A DNA stretch of 64,000 nucleotides from an uncultured Gemmatimonadaceae bacterium (GCA_963751275.1 CAVVTZ010000011.1:224001-288000); one strand, 5' to 3'. Numbered from the stretch's first letter, positions 39,234-51,704 are shown. Numbers and translations are program-made. Notes: generated by a model from the sequence alone, not told the origin.

Positions 39234-40060
39234 ATGCGCGTCGGACGCATCCCCTACATCAACTGCTACCCGGTGTACGGCGCCATCGACCGCGGCATCG
39301 TGCCACTCGACGGCGACGCTCGTGGACGGCGTGCCGAGCGCGCTCAACGCGCTCACGGCGGCGGGCGCGCTCGACGTGAGCGTCGTCTCGGCCGTCGAGT
39401 ACGCCAGCAACGCCGACCGGTACCTGCTGCTGCCCGACCTCGCGATCACGTCCGACGGCCCGGTGCGCAGCGTGCTGCTCTTCTCGAACCGCGCCCGCCG
39501 GCGACCTCGACGGGGCGCGGGTGCTCCTCTCGCGCAGCTCGATGACGAGCGTGGCGCTGCTCAAGCTGCTGTTCGAGCACGTCTGGCGCGCAGCGCCCGA
39601 ATTCGCCGCGGCCGACGCGGAGCATGCCGATCTCGGCGCGGCGCGCGCAGCCGTCGCACGACGCGCGGCTCGTCATCGGCGACGCGGCGCTGCAACTCGC
39701 CGCGTCCGACGCGCTACCCGTACGTGTACGACCTGGGCGCCGAGTGGAAGGAGTGGACCGGGCTGCCGTTCGTGTTCGCGGTCTGGGTCCGCATCGCGCC
39801 ACGCCGGTCGAGCGATGCGCTGCGCGTGCACCGCGCGCTGCTCGAGTCGCGCGACTGGGGGCTTGGCGCATCTCGACGAGCTCGCCGAGCAGGCGGCGGC
39901 CACGACCGGCGTCGCGCGCCGGCCTGCGCGAGTACCTGTCGGGACTCGACTACCGCCTCTCGTACCGCCACCTCGCCGGCCTCACCGATTTCTTCCGGCG
40001 TCTCGCCGAGCGCGGGACGCGGTGCCGGACGGCTCGCTCGCCTTCCTTCGCGCCGCATGA
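39234..40060 (+). CDS. mqnA: Chorismate dehydratase (apparent indels)
   Basis: RVGRIPYINCYP, GPVRSVLLF, SMTSVAL, IGDAAL and DLGAEWKEWTGLPFVFAVW. Confidence 0.9.
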
Positions 40061-41120
40061 CGTGCCCGACGCCGCGACCTCCTCGATTTCTACACGAACG
40101 CGCCCCGCTCATCGAGCTCGGCGCCGACGCCGACGCGCGAGCGCCAGGCCGCGGCATCCGCACGGCATCGTGACGTACATCGTGGACCGCAACATCAACT
40201 ACACGAACGTCTGCGTCGCCGACTGCGGCTTCTGCGCCTTCTACCGCCGGCCCAAGCACGATCGAGGGCTACACGCTCTCCTACGAGCAGATCGGCGCGA
40301 AGATCGACGAGGCGAAGGCGCTCGGCGCCGTGCAGATCCTGATGCAGGGCGGCCACAATCCGTACATCCCGTTCGAGTGGTATCTCGGAGCTGCTGCGCT
40401 ACATCAAGCAGCACCACCCGATCCACATCCACGGCTTCTAGCCCGAGCGAGGTGCGAGTTCTTCGCGCAAGCGGTTCCGCATGTCGGCGCGGCGAGGTCA
40501 TCCGCGAGCTGCGCGCCAGGCGGGGCTCGATTCGATCCCCGGCGGCGGCGGCGAGATCCTGGTGCAGCGCGTGCGCGAGCTGGTGGCGAAGAAGAAGGCC
40601 GGCGCCGACCGCTGGCTCGAGGTCATGGAGCTCGGCGCACGGCCAGGGGATGAAGACCTCCGTCCACGATGATGTACGGCATCGGCGAGACCGCTCGCCG
40701 AGCGGATCGAGCACCTCGATGCGCGTGCGCGCGCTGCAGGCGCGAGACCGGCGGCTTCACCGCCTTCATCTGCTGGCCGCTGCAGCCCGAGAGCACGCCG
40801 AGATGGCAGGCACAGCCGAAGACCGACGCCGTCGACCTACCTCCGCACGCTGGCGATCGCGCGCATGGTGCTCGACAACTTCGCCAATCTGCAGGTCGAG
40901 CTGGGTGACGATGGGGATGAAGGTCGGCCAGGTGGCGCTGCGCTTCGGCGCCAACGACTTCGGCTCGCTCATGATCGAGGAGAACGTCGTCTCGGCGGCG
41001 AACACGACGTACCGCACCACCACCGACGAGATGGAGCGCCTGATCCGCGACGCGGGCTTCACGCCGGCGCGCCGCCGCCAGGACTACTCGATCATCCAGC
41101 CGGCCGGCGCCGCGGCGTGA
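40057..41120 (+). CDS. mqnC: Cyclic dehypoxanthine futalosine synthase (many apparent indels)
   Basis: [32 protein letters not shown] and [19 protein letters not shown]. Confidence 0.9.
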
Positions 41121-41597
41121 GCCGCACCGGCATCGGCTACGACTCGCACCGCTTCGGCCCGGGCAGCTCGGTGCGCCTGGGCGGCGTCACGATCCCCTTC
41201 GACCGCGCGCTCACCGGCCACTCCGACGGCGATGCCGTCGCGCACGCGGTGACCGACGCCGTGCTCGGCGCCGCCGGCGCGGGCGACATCGGGACGCCAT
41301 TTCCCCGACACCGATCCGGCGAACCGCGGGCGCGACTCCCTGGAGATGCTCCGCACCGCCGTCGCGATCGCGCGTGAGCGCGGCTACCTCGTGGAGCATG
41401 TCGATGCGACGGTCATCCTCGAGCGTCCCAAACTGGCGCCGCATCGGGACGCGATCTGCGCCGCCCTCGGTGCGGCGCTGGGCCTGGAGCCGCGTGATGT
41501 GAGTGTGAAGGGGAAGACCAACGAGGGCATGGGCTGGATCGGCCGCGGCGAGGGGATCGCTTGCATCGCGGTCGCGACCCTCCGCGCCGCCGAATAG
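41117..41597 (+). CDS. ispF: 2-C-methyl-D-erythritol 2,4-cyclodiphosphate synthase (indel near 41295)
   Basis: [24 protein letters not shown] and VSVKGKTNE. Confidence 0.94.
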
Positions 41598-41601
41598 CCG
41601 C

Positions 41602-42519
41602 ATGCGCACCGCGCTCCCCGACGAGGTGGGCCGCGCCTTCCTGCTCGAACGCTTCCACGACTTCCTCGCGCTCGAGAAGGGATCGGCGCGCACCACCGCG
41701 GAAGCCTACGATCACGACCTCGCGCGCTTCGCGGCCTTCGCGCGCAGCAAGGGCGCGAGCGCGCCCACCGGCGTGACGTCGCAGATGCTGCGCGACTATG
41801 TGTACCAGCTGAAGGACCTCGGCCTCGCGCCGACATCGATCCGGCGCAACGTGTCGGCGGTGCGCACCTACTACAAGTTCCTGATGGGTGAGGGGCAGGT
41901 GGTGGAGGATCCCAGCGAGCGCCTGGATACACCCAAGCGCTGGCGCACGCTGCCCGATGTGCTCACCGTGGCGGAGGCCGAGAAGCTCCTCGCGGCGCCG
42001 ACGCTGGACGAGCCGCTCGCCTTCCGAGACCGCGCGATGCTCGAGCTCGCGTACGGCGCGGGGCTGCGCGTCTCCGAGTGGATCTCGATCACCACGAAGG
42101 ACGCGATGCTCGACGACGGCCTGCTGCGCGTGTTCGGGAAGGGAAGCAAGGAGCGGCTCGTGCCGATCGGCCGGCGCGCGATCGCCGCGACGGCGGTGTA
42201 CGTGCGCGAGCTGCGTCCGCGCCTCGAGCGCGGCGGCGGGCGCGGCGCGCTCTTCCTGAATGCGCGCGGCACGCCGCTCACGCGCATGGGCGCCTGGAAG
42301 ATCCTGCGGAAATACGTCGCGAAGGCGGGGCTCACGAAGCGGGTCACGCCGCACACGCTGCGGCACTCCTTCGCGACGCATTTGCTGGAGGGCGGGGCCG
42401 ACCTGCGCGCCGTGCAGGAGATGCTCGGCCACGCGGACATCGGCACCACCCAGATCTACACGCACGTGGATCGCGAGTATCTTCGTAGCGTCCACAAGCA
42501 GTACCATCCGAGAGGCTGA
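41602..42519 (+). CDS. xerD: Site-specific tyrosine recombinase XerD
   Basis: [49 protein letters not shown] and TTQIYTHV, ends YHPRG. Confidence 0.93.
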   Translation: MRTALPDEVGRAFLLERFHDFLALEKGSARTTAEAYDHDLARFAAFARSKGASAPTGVTSQMLRDYVYQLKDLGLAPTSIRRNVSAVRTYYKFLMGEGQVVEDPSERLDTPKRWRTLPDVLTVAEAEKLLAAPTLDEPLAFRDRAMLELAYGAGLRVSEWISITTKDAMLDDGLLRVFGKGSKERLVPIGRRAIAATAVYVRELRPRLERGGGRGALFLNARGTPLTRMGAWKILRKYVAKAGLTKRVTPHTLRHSFATHLLEGGADLRAVQEMLGHADIGTTQIYTHVDREYLRSVHKQYHPRG

Positions 42520-42530
42520 CCCCGGGCGCC

Positions 42531-43109
42531 ATGATCCTCGTCATCGACAACTACGATTCCTTCACCTACAATCTCGTCCAGTACCTCGGCGAGCTTGGTG
42601 GGGAGCCGTGCGTACGCCGCAACGACGCCGTGACGGTGGACGAGGTCGGGACGCTCGCGCCCAAGGCGATCGTGCTCTCCCCCGGACCCGGAACCCCCGC
42701 GGACGCCGGCGTCACGGTGCCCATGGTGAAACGGTGGGGCGGGAGGATCCCGATCCTCGGCGTGTGCCTGGGGCACCAGGCGATCGGCGAGGCGTACGGC
42801 GGCAAGGTGGTGCGGGCCGCGCGCGTGATGCACGGGAAGACATCCCGCGTGAAGCACGATGGCAGCGGATTATTCGCCGGACTGCCGCAGTCGCTGGAGG
42901 TGATGCGGTATCACTCGCTCGTGGTCGAGCGCGCTTCGCTCCCGGCGACGCTGACGGTGAATGCCGCGACCGAGGGGGACGACACCGAGATCCAGGCGAT
43001 GCGCCACGCCGAATACCCGGTGTGGGGGGTGCAATTCCACCCGGAGTCGGTGTTCACGGAACATGGCAAGGACCTGCTAAGGAACTTCATCAAGCTCGCC
43101 GGATGCTGA
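42531..43109 (+). CDS. Aminodeoxychorismate/anthranilate synthase component II (PabA/TrpG glutamine amidotransferase)
   Basis: IDNYDSFTYN, SPGPG, GVCLGHQ and QFHPES. Confidence 0.95.
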   Translation: MILVIDNYDSFTYNLVQYLGELGGEPCVRRNDAVTVDEVGTLAPKAIVLSPGPGTPADAGVTVPMVKRWGGRIPILGVCLGHQAIGEAYGGKVVRAARVMHGKTSRVKHDGSGLFAGLPQSLEVMRYHSLVVERASLPATLTVNAATEGDDTEIQAMRHAEYPVWGVQFHPESVFTEHGKDLLRNFIKLAGC

Positions 43110-44590
43110 GACGGCTTGCGGTCGCCGCGATGCTCTTGGCCAGCGCCCCTCACCTTCGTGCGCAGGAGGTGGACGTGCACCTCTATGTGCGGAAGGAGGG
43201 GCCGGGCGGCGCCGGCGATCTCCTCCAGGGCGCGCTGGAGAAGCCGTACATCGTCCTCCACCAGGACTGGAACACGCCGATCTACGGCGGCCGCGAGTAC
43301 AACACCAATGTCGTGGTACTCAACTCGGACGCGAGCGTGGTGGGCACGATCAAGGGCGACTTGATCGTGATCAATGGTAGCATCAATCTCACCGCGACGG
43401 CCCGCATCGAAGGCCGGGCGTTGGCGTTCGGCGGCAATATCTACGACATGGATGGCGCGGTCGTCACCGGGAAGCGCGTCTCATATCCGGCCGCGCGCTT
43501 CGACACCGTGCGGACGCCCAAGGGGCTGGCGCTCGACTATCACGGTCCGCCGCCGCCCGAGCGCGACATCCTGGTGCTGCCGGGGATCTACGGCTTCACC
43601 GAATGGCCGATGTACGACCGCGTGGACGGCCTCTCGCTCGAGCTCCGGCCCGAACTGCACTTCGGCGGCGACAGTACGTTCGTCATCGCGCCCGGCGTGA
43701 CCTACCGCTCGAACCTCGGCGACTTCGACGCCGAGCTCGCGCTCTCCTCGCGGTACGAAGGCGCGTTCATCAGTCTCGCGGGCGCGCAGGCGACGCTCAC
43801 GAACGACCAGTGGATCCAGACCGATTTCGCGAACAGCTTCGCGGTGCTGTGTTGCGGCAAGGACTTCCGGAACTATTGGCGCGCCAAGTGGGCGGAGGGC
43901 CGGATCGGCTACGCGTGGTCCGACACGGCGCATTCGATCTCCCTGTGGGTGGGCGCGCGCCGCGAGGACGCGACGAGCGTCACGGCGGGAGGGCCGTGGA
44001 GCATCACCGGGGACACGAGTTCGTTCTCGATGTACCGGCCGAACCCCGCGGTGGACGAGGAGCGCCTCGAGACCTGGCTCACGGGGATCAGCGGCTCGCT
44101 CGACGGCGCACTCACGCTCAAGGGCAGTCTGCAGGTCGAGATCCCCATCAAGTCGCTGAACAATGGCGGCTGGACGCAGCTCGTGGCGGATGTGACCGGC
44201 AAGTTGCCGACGTATACGAACCAGGAGCTGACCTTCCGCCTGCATGCGATCTACACTACCGGGGATTCGACCGCGCCGCCGCAGCGTTATGGCTACCTGG
44301 GCGGAGCAGGGTCGATAGCGACGCTGGGCTTGCTGACGCAGGGCGGCGACCAGCTCTTCTTCTTCGAGGGCGATTACCGGTACACGTTCGAAGGGATCCA
44401 GATCCCCTACTCGACGCCGCCCTCGATCGCGCTCGCGTACACCGCCGGCGCGGCGGGCGTCGAGAATCTGCCCAAGTTCACGCAGAACATCGGCGCGCGC
44501 CTCGAGCTGAAGCCCTTCCGCCTCGACTTCTGGGTCGATCCCGCCACCGGCAAGACCAAGACGACGCTGCTGCTCTGGTTCATCCGCTGA
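43103..44590 (+). CDS. Putative secreted/outer-membrane protein (beta-helix-like N-domain plus beta-barrel-like C-domain)
   Basis: ATG 43103 gives signal peptide MLRRLAVAAMLLASAPHLRA-Q; YDRVDGL motif; alternating aromatic strands; ends LLWFIR. Confidence 0.75.
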   Translation: MLRRLAVAAMLLASAPHLRAQEVDVHLYVRKEGPGGAGDLLQGALEKPYIVLHQDWNTPIYGGREYNTNVVVLNSDASVVGTIKGDLIVINGSINLTATARIEGRALAFGGNIYDMDGAVVTGKRVSYPAARFDTVRTPKGLALDYHGPPPPERDILVLPGIYGFTEWPMYDRVDGLSLELRPELHFGGDSTFVIAPGVTYRSNLGDFDAELALSSRYEGAFISLAGAQATLTNDQWIQTDFANSFAVLCCGKDFRNYWRAKWAEGRIGYAWSDTAHSISLWVGARREDATSVTAGGPWSITGDTSSFSMYRPNPAVDEERLETWLTGISGSLDGALTLKGSLQVEIPIKSLNNGGWTQLVADVTGKLPTYTNQELTFRLHAIYTTGDSTAPPQRYGYLGGAGSIATLGLLTQGGDQLFFFEGDYRYTFEGIQIPYSTPPSIALAYTAGAAGVENLPKFTQNIGARLELKPFRLDFWVDPATGKTKTTLLLWFIR

Positions 44591-44633
44591 ACGCATCGGC
44601 TCCTCGAGCTCCTCGCGCCTCCGCGGGGGCCCG

Positions 44634-44721
44634 ATCATGTCAATCATGTTCATCCCGTCTGAAGCAGTTTCGTGAATTGCGACGGAACTGCTTCAGACAG
44701 GATGAACATGATTGACATGAT
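44634..44721. repeat. 36-bp inverted repeat element (ACATGAT-type), copy 2, arms in opposite arrangement
   Basis: 44634-44669 pairs with 44686-44721 at 35/36; the arm AACTGCTTCAGACAGGATGAACATGATTGACATGAT is near-identical to that at 31837-31871. Confidence 0.93.
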
Positions 44722-44776
44722 GGACTCCTGCGGAGGAGCCGAGGCGCATCGCACGCCAAAAATCGCGCCAGAACCT

Positions 44777-44805
44777 TTGCCTCCTTGGCGCTCTCTCGCT
44801 ATATT
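44777..44805 (+). promoter_or_regulatory. Putative sigma70 promoter for kdsB...rpoN operon
   Basis: TTGCCT-N17-TATATT. Confidence 0.6.
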
Positions 44806-44807
44806 GA

Positions 44808-44824
44808 CTGGCGTGAATCTTGCA
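44808..44824 (+). promoter_or_regulatory. Sigma54 -24/-12 site
   Basis: CTGGCGTGAATCTTGCA fits YTGGC-N7-TTGCW with exact GG-N10-GC spacing. Confidence 0.6.
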
Positions 44825-44850
44825 CACCGGCACACTCTGATCGTGGCGCC

Positions 44851-45632
44851 GTGAGCACGCTGGCGGTGATCCCGGCGCGTCTCGGTGCGACGCGGCTCCC
44901 CCGCAAGCCGCTCCGGCTCCTGGCCGGCACCCCCCTCGTCATTCGGGTCTGGCAGCGCGTCACCGCACTCCACGTCGCCGACCGCTGCATCATCGCCACC
45001 GACCATCCCGACGTCGCGTCCGCCGCCAAGGAAGCGGGCGCCGAGTGCGTGCTGACCTCCGCGCACCACCCCTCGGGCACCGACCGGGTGGCCGAGGTCG
45101 CCGACCCGCGCCGAGTTCGCGGGGTATGACGTGTTCGTGAACGTCCAGGGCGACGAACCGTTCCTGCCGGCCTCGGCGATGCGCGGGGCGCGCCGACAGG
45201 TGACGGGCGGCCGCTTCCGCTTGGCACGGCCGCGGCGCGCGCGGGCGCGGAGGCGCTCGACGACGCCGCACGTCGTGAAAGTGGTATGCGCGGACGACGG
45301 CCGCGCGCTCTATTTCTCGCGCGCGCCGATCCCGTTCCTGCGCGACCGGGCGGATCGCGGCGGCGCGCGACGGCTCGTCCGGCAGCACCTCGGCGATCTA
45401 CGCGTACACGCGCGACGCGCTGGCACGCTGGGTGGCGCTTGCCGCCGCACGCGCTCGAGATCGGATCGAGCGTCTCGAGCAGCTGCGCGCGCTCGCGGCC
45501 GGGATGACGATCGGCGTCGCGCTCGGTGCCGGAGCCGATGCCGGGCGGGATCGATACGGAAGACGATCTTGCGCCGCGCGAACGACCGCTGGAGTTCCGT
45601 CCACCTCACCACGAGAGTCGCCGGGACACCTG

Positions 45633-45633
<1 letters not shown>
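44851..45633 (+). CDS. kdsB: CMP-KDO synthetase (apparent indels; end approximate)
   Basis: [40 protein letters not shown] and ERLEQLRAL. Confidence 0.92.
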
Positions 45634-47331
<1,698 letters not shown>

Positions 47332-47335
<4 letters not shown>

Positions 47336-48163
47336 CCGTCGACCTTTCGCTCCGGACGCGCTCTTCCTGATCGCGGGCCCCTGCGTCGTGGAGGGCGACG
47401 ACCTGAATCTGCGCGTCGCCGACCACCTCGCGCGCCTCGCGCCGACGCATCCCGGGCGGCATCATCTACAAGGCGAGCTTCGACAAGGCGAATCGCTCGA
47501 ACGCCGGCGCGCACGCGCGGCCCCGGCCTCGACGAAGGCCTCGCGCGCTCGCTCGCGTGCGCGCAGCAGTCGGGGCTTCCCGTGCTCACCGACGTGCATC
47601 TCCCCGATCACTGTGCGCTCGCGGCCTCGGTGGTCGACGTGCTGCAGATCCCGGCGTTCCTGTGCCGGCAGACCGACCTGCTCGTCGCCGCGGGCGCGAC
47701 GGGCAAGCCGGTGAACGTGAAGAAGGGGCAGTGGCTGCAGCCCGAAGGCATGACCGGCGCGGTGGCGAAAGTGCGCCGGCGGCCGGGCAAGACCGTCCGA
47801 AGGCGCGGCACGATCGCGGTCACCGAGCGCGGCACGTTCTTCGGCTACGGCGATCTCGTCGTGGACATGCGGATCTTCGCGCGGATGCGCGAGGCCGTGC
47901 GACGCCCGGTGGTCTTCGACGGCACGCACTCGCGTGCAGCAGCCCGGAGCGCGGCGAGGGCGGCAGCAGCGGCGGCGTGCGCGAGATCATCCCGCCGCTC
48001 ACCTTCGCGGCGCTCGCGCGCCGGCGCCGACGGGCTCTTCCTCGAGACGCATCCCGATCCCGACCACGCGCCGAGCGACGGACCGAACATGATCCCGCTC
48101 GACGCAACTCGACGACCTGGTCGCTGCGCGCGGTGGACATCTGGCAGGCGCGCGCGCACGTGA
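47332..48163 (+). CDS. kdsA: KDO-8-phosphate synthase (apparent indels)
   Basis: [36 protein letters not shown] and FDGTHS. Confidence 0.93.
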
Positions 48164-48726
48164 TCGACCGCGACCTCGCCAAGCGCATCCGCTCGTCGGC
48201 CTCGACGTCGACGGCGTGCTCACCGACGGCGGCATCTACCTCGGCGACGCCGACGGCACGCGCGTCGAGCTCAAGCGCTACGACATCCAGGACGGGCTCG
48301 GCATCCACTTCCTGCGGGCGGCGGGGATCAAGGTCGTGATCGTCACCGGCCGCGTCTCCGAGAGCGTGCGACTGCGCGCCGCGGAGCTGTCGCGTGGACG
48401 ACGTCGCGCAGGACGCGCAGGCGCGGAAGCTGCCCGCCTTCCGGAAGATGCTCGAGAAGTTCGGCATCGAGCGCGGAGACGCCGCGTTCGTCGGCGACGA
48501 CCTGCCCGATCTCGCGATCCTGCGCGCAGTGGGACTGCCGGTCGCCGTCGGCAATGCGGTGAAGGAAGTGCGCGAGGCTGCGCGCTCAAGCTCACGCGCA
48601 CGGGCGGCCACGGCGCGGTGCGCGAGTTCACCGAGCTGCTGCTCAAGGCGCGCGGCGAGTGGAGCGAGCTGCGTCGATGAATACGTCGCCACGCGCAGCG
48701 TGGGCGGCCTCGAGGTGCTGCGATGA
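48160..48726 (+). CDS. kdsC: KDO-8-phosphate phosphatase (apparent indels)
   Basis: LDVDGVLTDG, VTGR, FVGDDLPDL and GGHGAVRE. Confidence 0.92.
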
Positions 48727-49701
48727 GCATGAAGCCGGACGAACTGATCGAGCGCGGCCGGCGCGTCGTGCGCCTCGAGCGCGAGGCGCTGGAGGAGGTG
48801 GAGCGCCGCGCTCGGCGCCGAGTTCGCGCAGCGCGGTGGAACTCATCGCCGCGCGCCGGGCGCGTGATCGTCGAGCGGCGTCGGCAAGTCCGGGCATCAT
48901 CGCGACGAAAGATCGCGGCGACGCTGACGTCCACGGGCACGCCCGCGATGTTCCTGCATCCGATGGAGAGCGTGCACGGCGATCTCGGCATCGTCGGGCC
49001 GACGATGTCGTCGATCCTGCTCTCGAAGAGCGGCGAGACGCAGGAGCTCTTCCCGCTGATCGAACAGCTCAAGCGGCTTGGCGTGCGATCCGTCGCGATC
49101 ACCGGCGAAGGCGACTCCCACGCTCGCGAACCAGGCGGACGTCGTGCTCGACGCCTCGGTGCGCGAGGAAGCGTGCCCGCACGACCTCGCGCCGACCACG
49201 AGCACGACCGCGGCGCTCGCGCTGGGCGACGCGCTCGCCGTGGCGCTGCTCGAGGTGAAGGGATTCCGTCGCGAGGATTTCGCGCGGCTGCACCCGGGCG
49301 GGCGCTCGGCAAGCCGGCTCCTCTCGCGCGTGCGCGATCTGATGGTCACCGACAAGCTGCCCGACCGTGTCGAGGACGCGACGATGCGCGAGGTCGTGGT
49401 GCATGCTCGCGGAGCGGCGCGGCACCGTGGCCGTGCTCGATGGCGAGCGCCGCGTGACCGGGCGTCGTGACGACGGGCGATCTCACGCGCCTCATGGAGC
49501 GCGAGCCCGACTTCCTCACGGTGCCGGCCGCCAAGGTCATGAATCCCACGCCGAAGACCATCGGCGCCGACGAACTCGGCGAGCGCCGCCGTCTACAAGA
49601 TGGAGCAGTTCGGCATCATGGCGATGCCGGTGCTCGATGGCGGCGGGCAGATGGTAGGCATCGTGCACCTGCACGACCTCATGCGCGCGGGCGTCAAGTG
49701 A
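48723..49701 (+). CDS. kdsD: Arabinose-5-phosphate isomerase, KpsF/GutQ family (apparent indels)
   Basis: ATLTSTGTP, HGDLG, LAPTTST, GDALA and LHPGG; CBS pair ending HLHDL. Confidence 0.93.
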
Positions 49702-50258
49702 GGCGCGCACCGTTGCTCGTGGCGGCGCTCATCGCGACGGCCGCGATCGTCGCCGCGTGCAAGGGCGGGAAGACGCCGCCTGTCTCGCCCTCCAATCCGC
49801 TGGCCGATGCCGCGGACCAGGTGATGTTCGGCGTGCGCACGTTCATCACGGACCAGGGTCTCCTGCGCGCGCAGCTGCGCGCGGACACCGGCTATTTCTT
49901 CGACAACAATTCGCGCATCGAAGTGCGCAACGAACGCACGGTGTTCTTCACGAACACCGGGCAGCAGAGCGCGGTGCTCACGTCGGTGGAAGGGACGTAC
50001 AACACCACGAAGAGCGAGATGGAAGCGCGGAAGAACGTCCTCGTGGTCTCCGTGGATGGCAAGCGCCTCGAGACGTCGCAGCTCTCGTATAATCAGGTCA
50101 CGAACCTCATCGCGAGCGACAGCCCGTTCGTGCTCACGCAGCCCGACCGCCGCGTGGAGGGGATCGGCTTCATCTCCGATCCGAACCTCGTGAACCTCAA
50201 GATCCTCAAGCTCAAGCAGGGTTCCGGACCGATCCCGCTCGGCGGGCAGCAGCCGTAG
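49698..50258 (+). CDS. lptC: LPS export periplasmic protein LptC (lipoprotein-type)
   Basis: Lipobox-like IVAAC, beta-jellyroll-like pattern (LETSQLSYN, IEG/GF), position between kdsD and lptA/lptB. Confidence 0.8.
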   Translation: MRRAPLLVAALIATAAIVAACKGGKTPPVSPSNPLADAADQVMFGVRTFITDQGLLRAQLRADTGYFFDNNSRIEVRNERTVFFTNTGQQSAVLTSVEGTYNTTKSEMEARKNVLVVSVDGKRLETSQLSYNQVTNLIASDSPFVLTQPDRRVEGIGFISDPNLVNLKILKLKQGSGPIPLGGQQP

Positions 50259-51704
50259 TGCGGCGCATTCCCATGGCGATCGTCGCCGGCGCGCTCAGCG
50301 CGCTCCCCCTCGCGGCCCAGCAGCCGACGCCTCCGCCGCCGCCGGGCGCGGTGAAGACGGTGCCGATCCAGGGTCCGTCCGGCCGCTGCGACCTCGTGGT
50401 GACCCCGCGCAGCGATTCGACGCGCGTGACCTCCGTCAAGCAGTCGTCCGGCCAATACAACAGCTTCATCGGCGGCGGCGTCACCGGCGCCTGTCCCGCG
50501 CAGCAGCTCACGATCTCGGCGGATAGCGCCGAGTACTTCGGCGATCTGCGGCGCTGGCATCTCATCGGCGGCGTGCACTATAGAGAGCCGCGCCTCACGC
50601 TCGATTCCGACGTGGCCACGTACTTCATGCTCGAGGAGCGCCTGCTCGCCGAGGGGAACGTGCATTCGCTGCTGCCGAGCGGCACGACGCTGGTGGGGCC
50701 GCGCATGGAATACTTCCGCGCCGTGCCCACCATCCGTCCCATCGCGCGGATGATCGCGCCGGGCCGGCCGACGATCACCATGGTGGAGCGCGACAGCACC
50801 GGCAAGCCGTCGCCGCCCACGGTCCTGATCGGCAACACCGTGGTGAGCGACGCCGACAGCCTCGTGTACGCCTCCGGTCGCGTGGAGATCACGCGTGAGG
50901 ACGTGGTCGCGAAGAGCGACACGGCATTCCTCGATGGCTCGAAGGAATTCGCCCGCCTCATGAAGAAGCCGGTGGTCGTCTCGAAGGGCCAGCGCCCGTT
51001 CACGCTCTACGGCACGATCATCGAGATGTACGGCGGCGGCAAGCAGCTGCATCGTGTGCTCGCGCGCGGCGAAGGGAAGGCCATCAGCGACAACGGCACC
51101 GTCACGTCCGACACGCTCGACTTCGAGATGGCGGACGGCGGACTCGCGCGCATGTACGCCTGGGGCGCGTCGCGCGCGCGCGCCGTGAACCCGCAGTACG
51201 ACATCCTCGCCGATTCGCTCGACGTCCGGAGCCCGGGCCAGCGCCTGCGCGAGATCCGGGCCGTGCGCAAGGCCTTCGCGCAGAGCACGCCCGACACCAC
51301 GCACATCCATTCGAAGGAGAAGGACTGGATGAGCGGCGACACGATCGTGGCGCGCTTCGACAGTCTGCCGGTCACCAAGGCCGATTCGGCGAAGCAGCCG
51401 GCGATGGTGGCGCTCGATCGCCCTCGGCCACGCGAAGTCGTACTACCAGATCGCCGCCAAGGATTCGACGTCGCTCAGTCCGTCGATCAACTACGTGCGC
51501 GGCGGCGCGGTCACGGTCGCGTTCGTCGCGCGCCAGGTGCAATCGGTCACGGTCTCGGACAGCGTCGCCGGCGTGTACATCGAGCCCACGGTGGTCAAGA
51601 AGAAGAAGGCGGACTCGACGGCCGCGGGTCCCGTGCTCCCGAAGAAGAAGACGAAGGCGGACTCCGCCGCCGCGAAACCGCCCGCCAAGAGCCCCACTCC
51701 ATGA
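50258..51704 (+). CDS. Long OstA/LptA-like periplasmic protein, ~480 aa (extra nt near 51416)
   Basis: Signal peptide; repeated ADS/SD(T)L/GDTI strand motifs; alternative frame gives SYYQ...INYVRG...GVYIEP; lies between lptC and lptB. Confidence 0.75.

Noticed and set aside
41602..42519. Tyrosine recombinase as a prophage or island integrase
   Set aside because: It has XerD-type motifs and length, sits within a housekeeping operon, and has no att sites or cargo genes nearby
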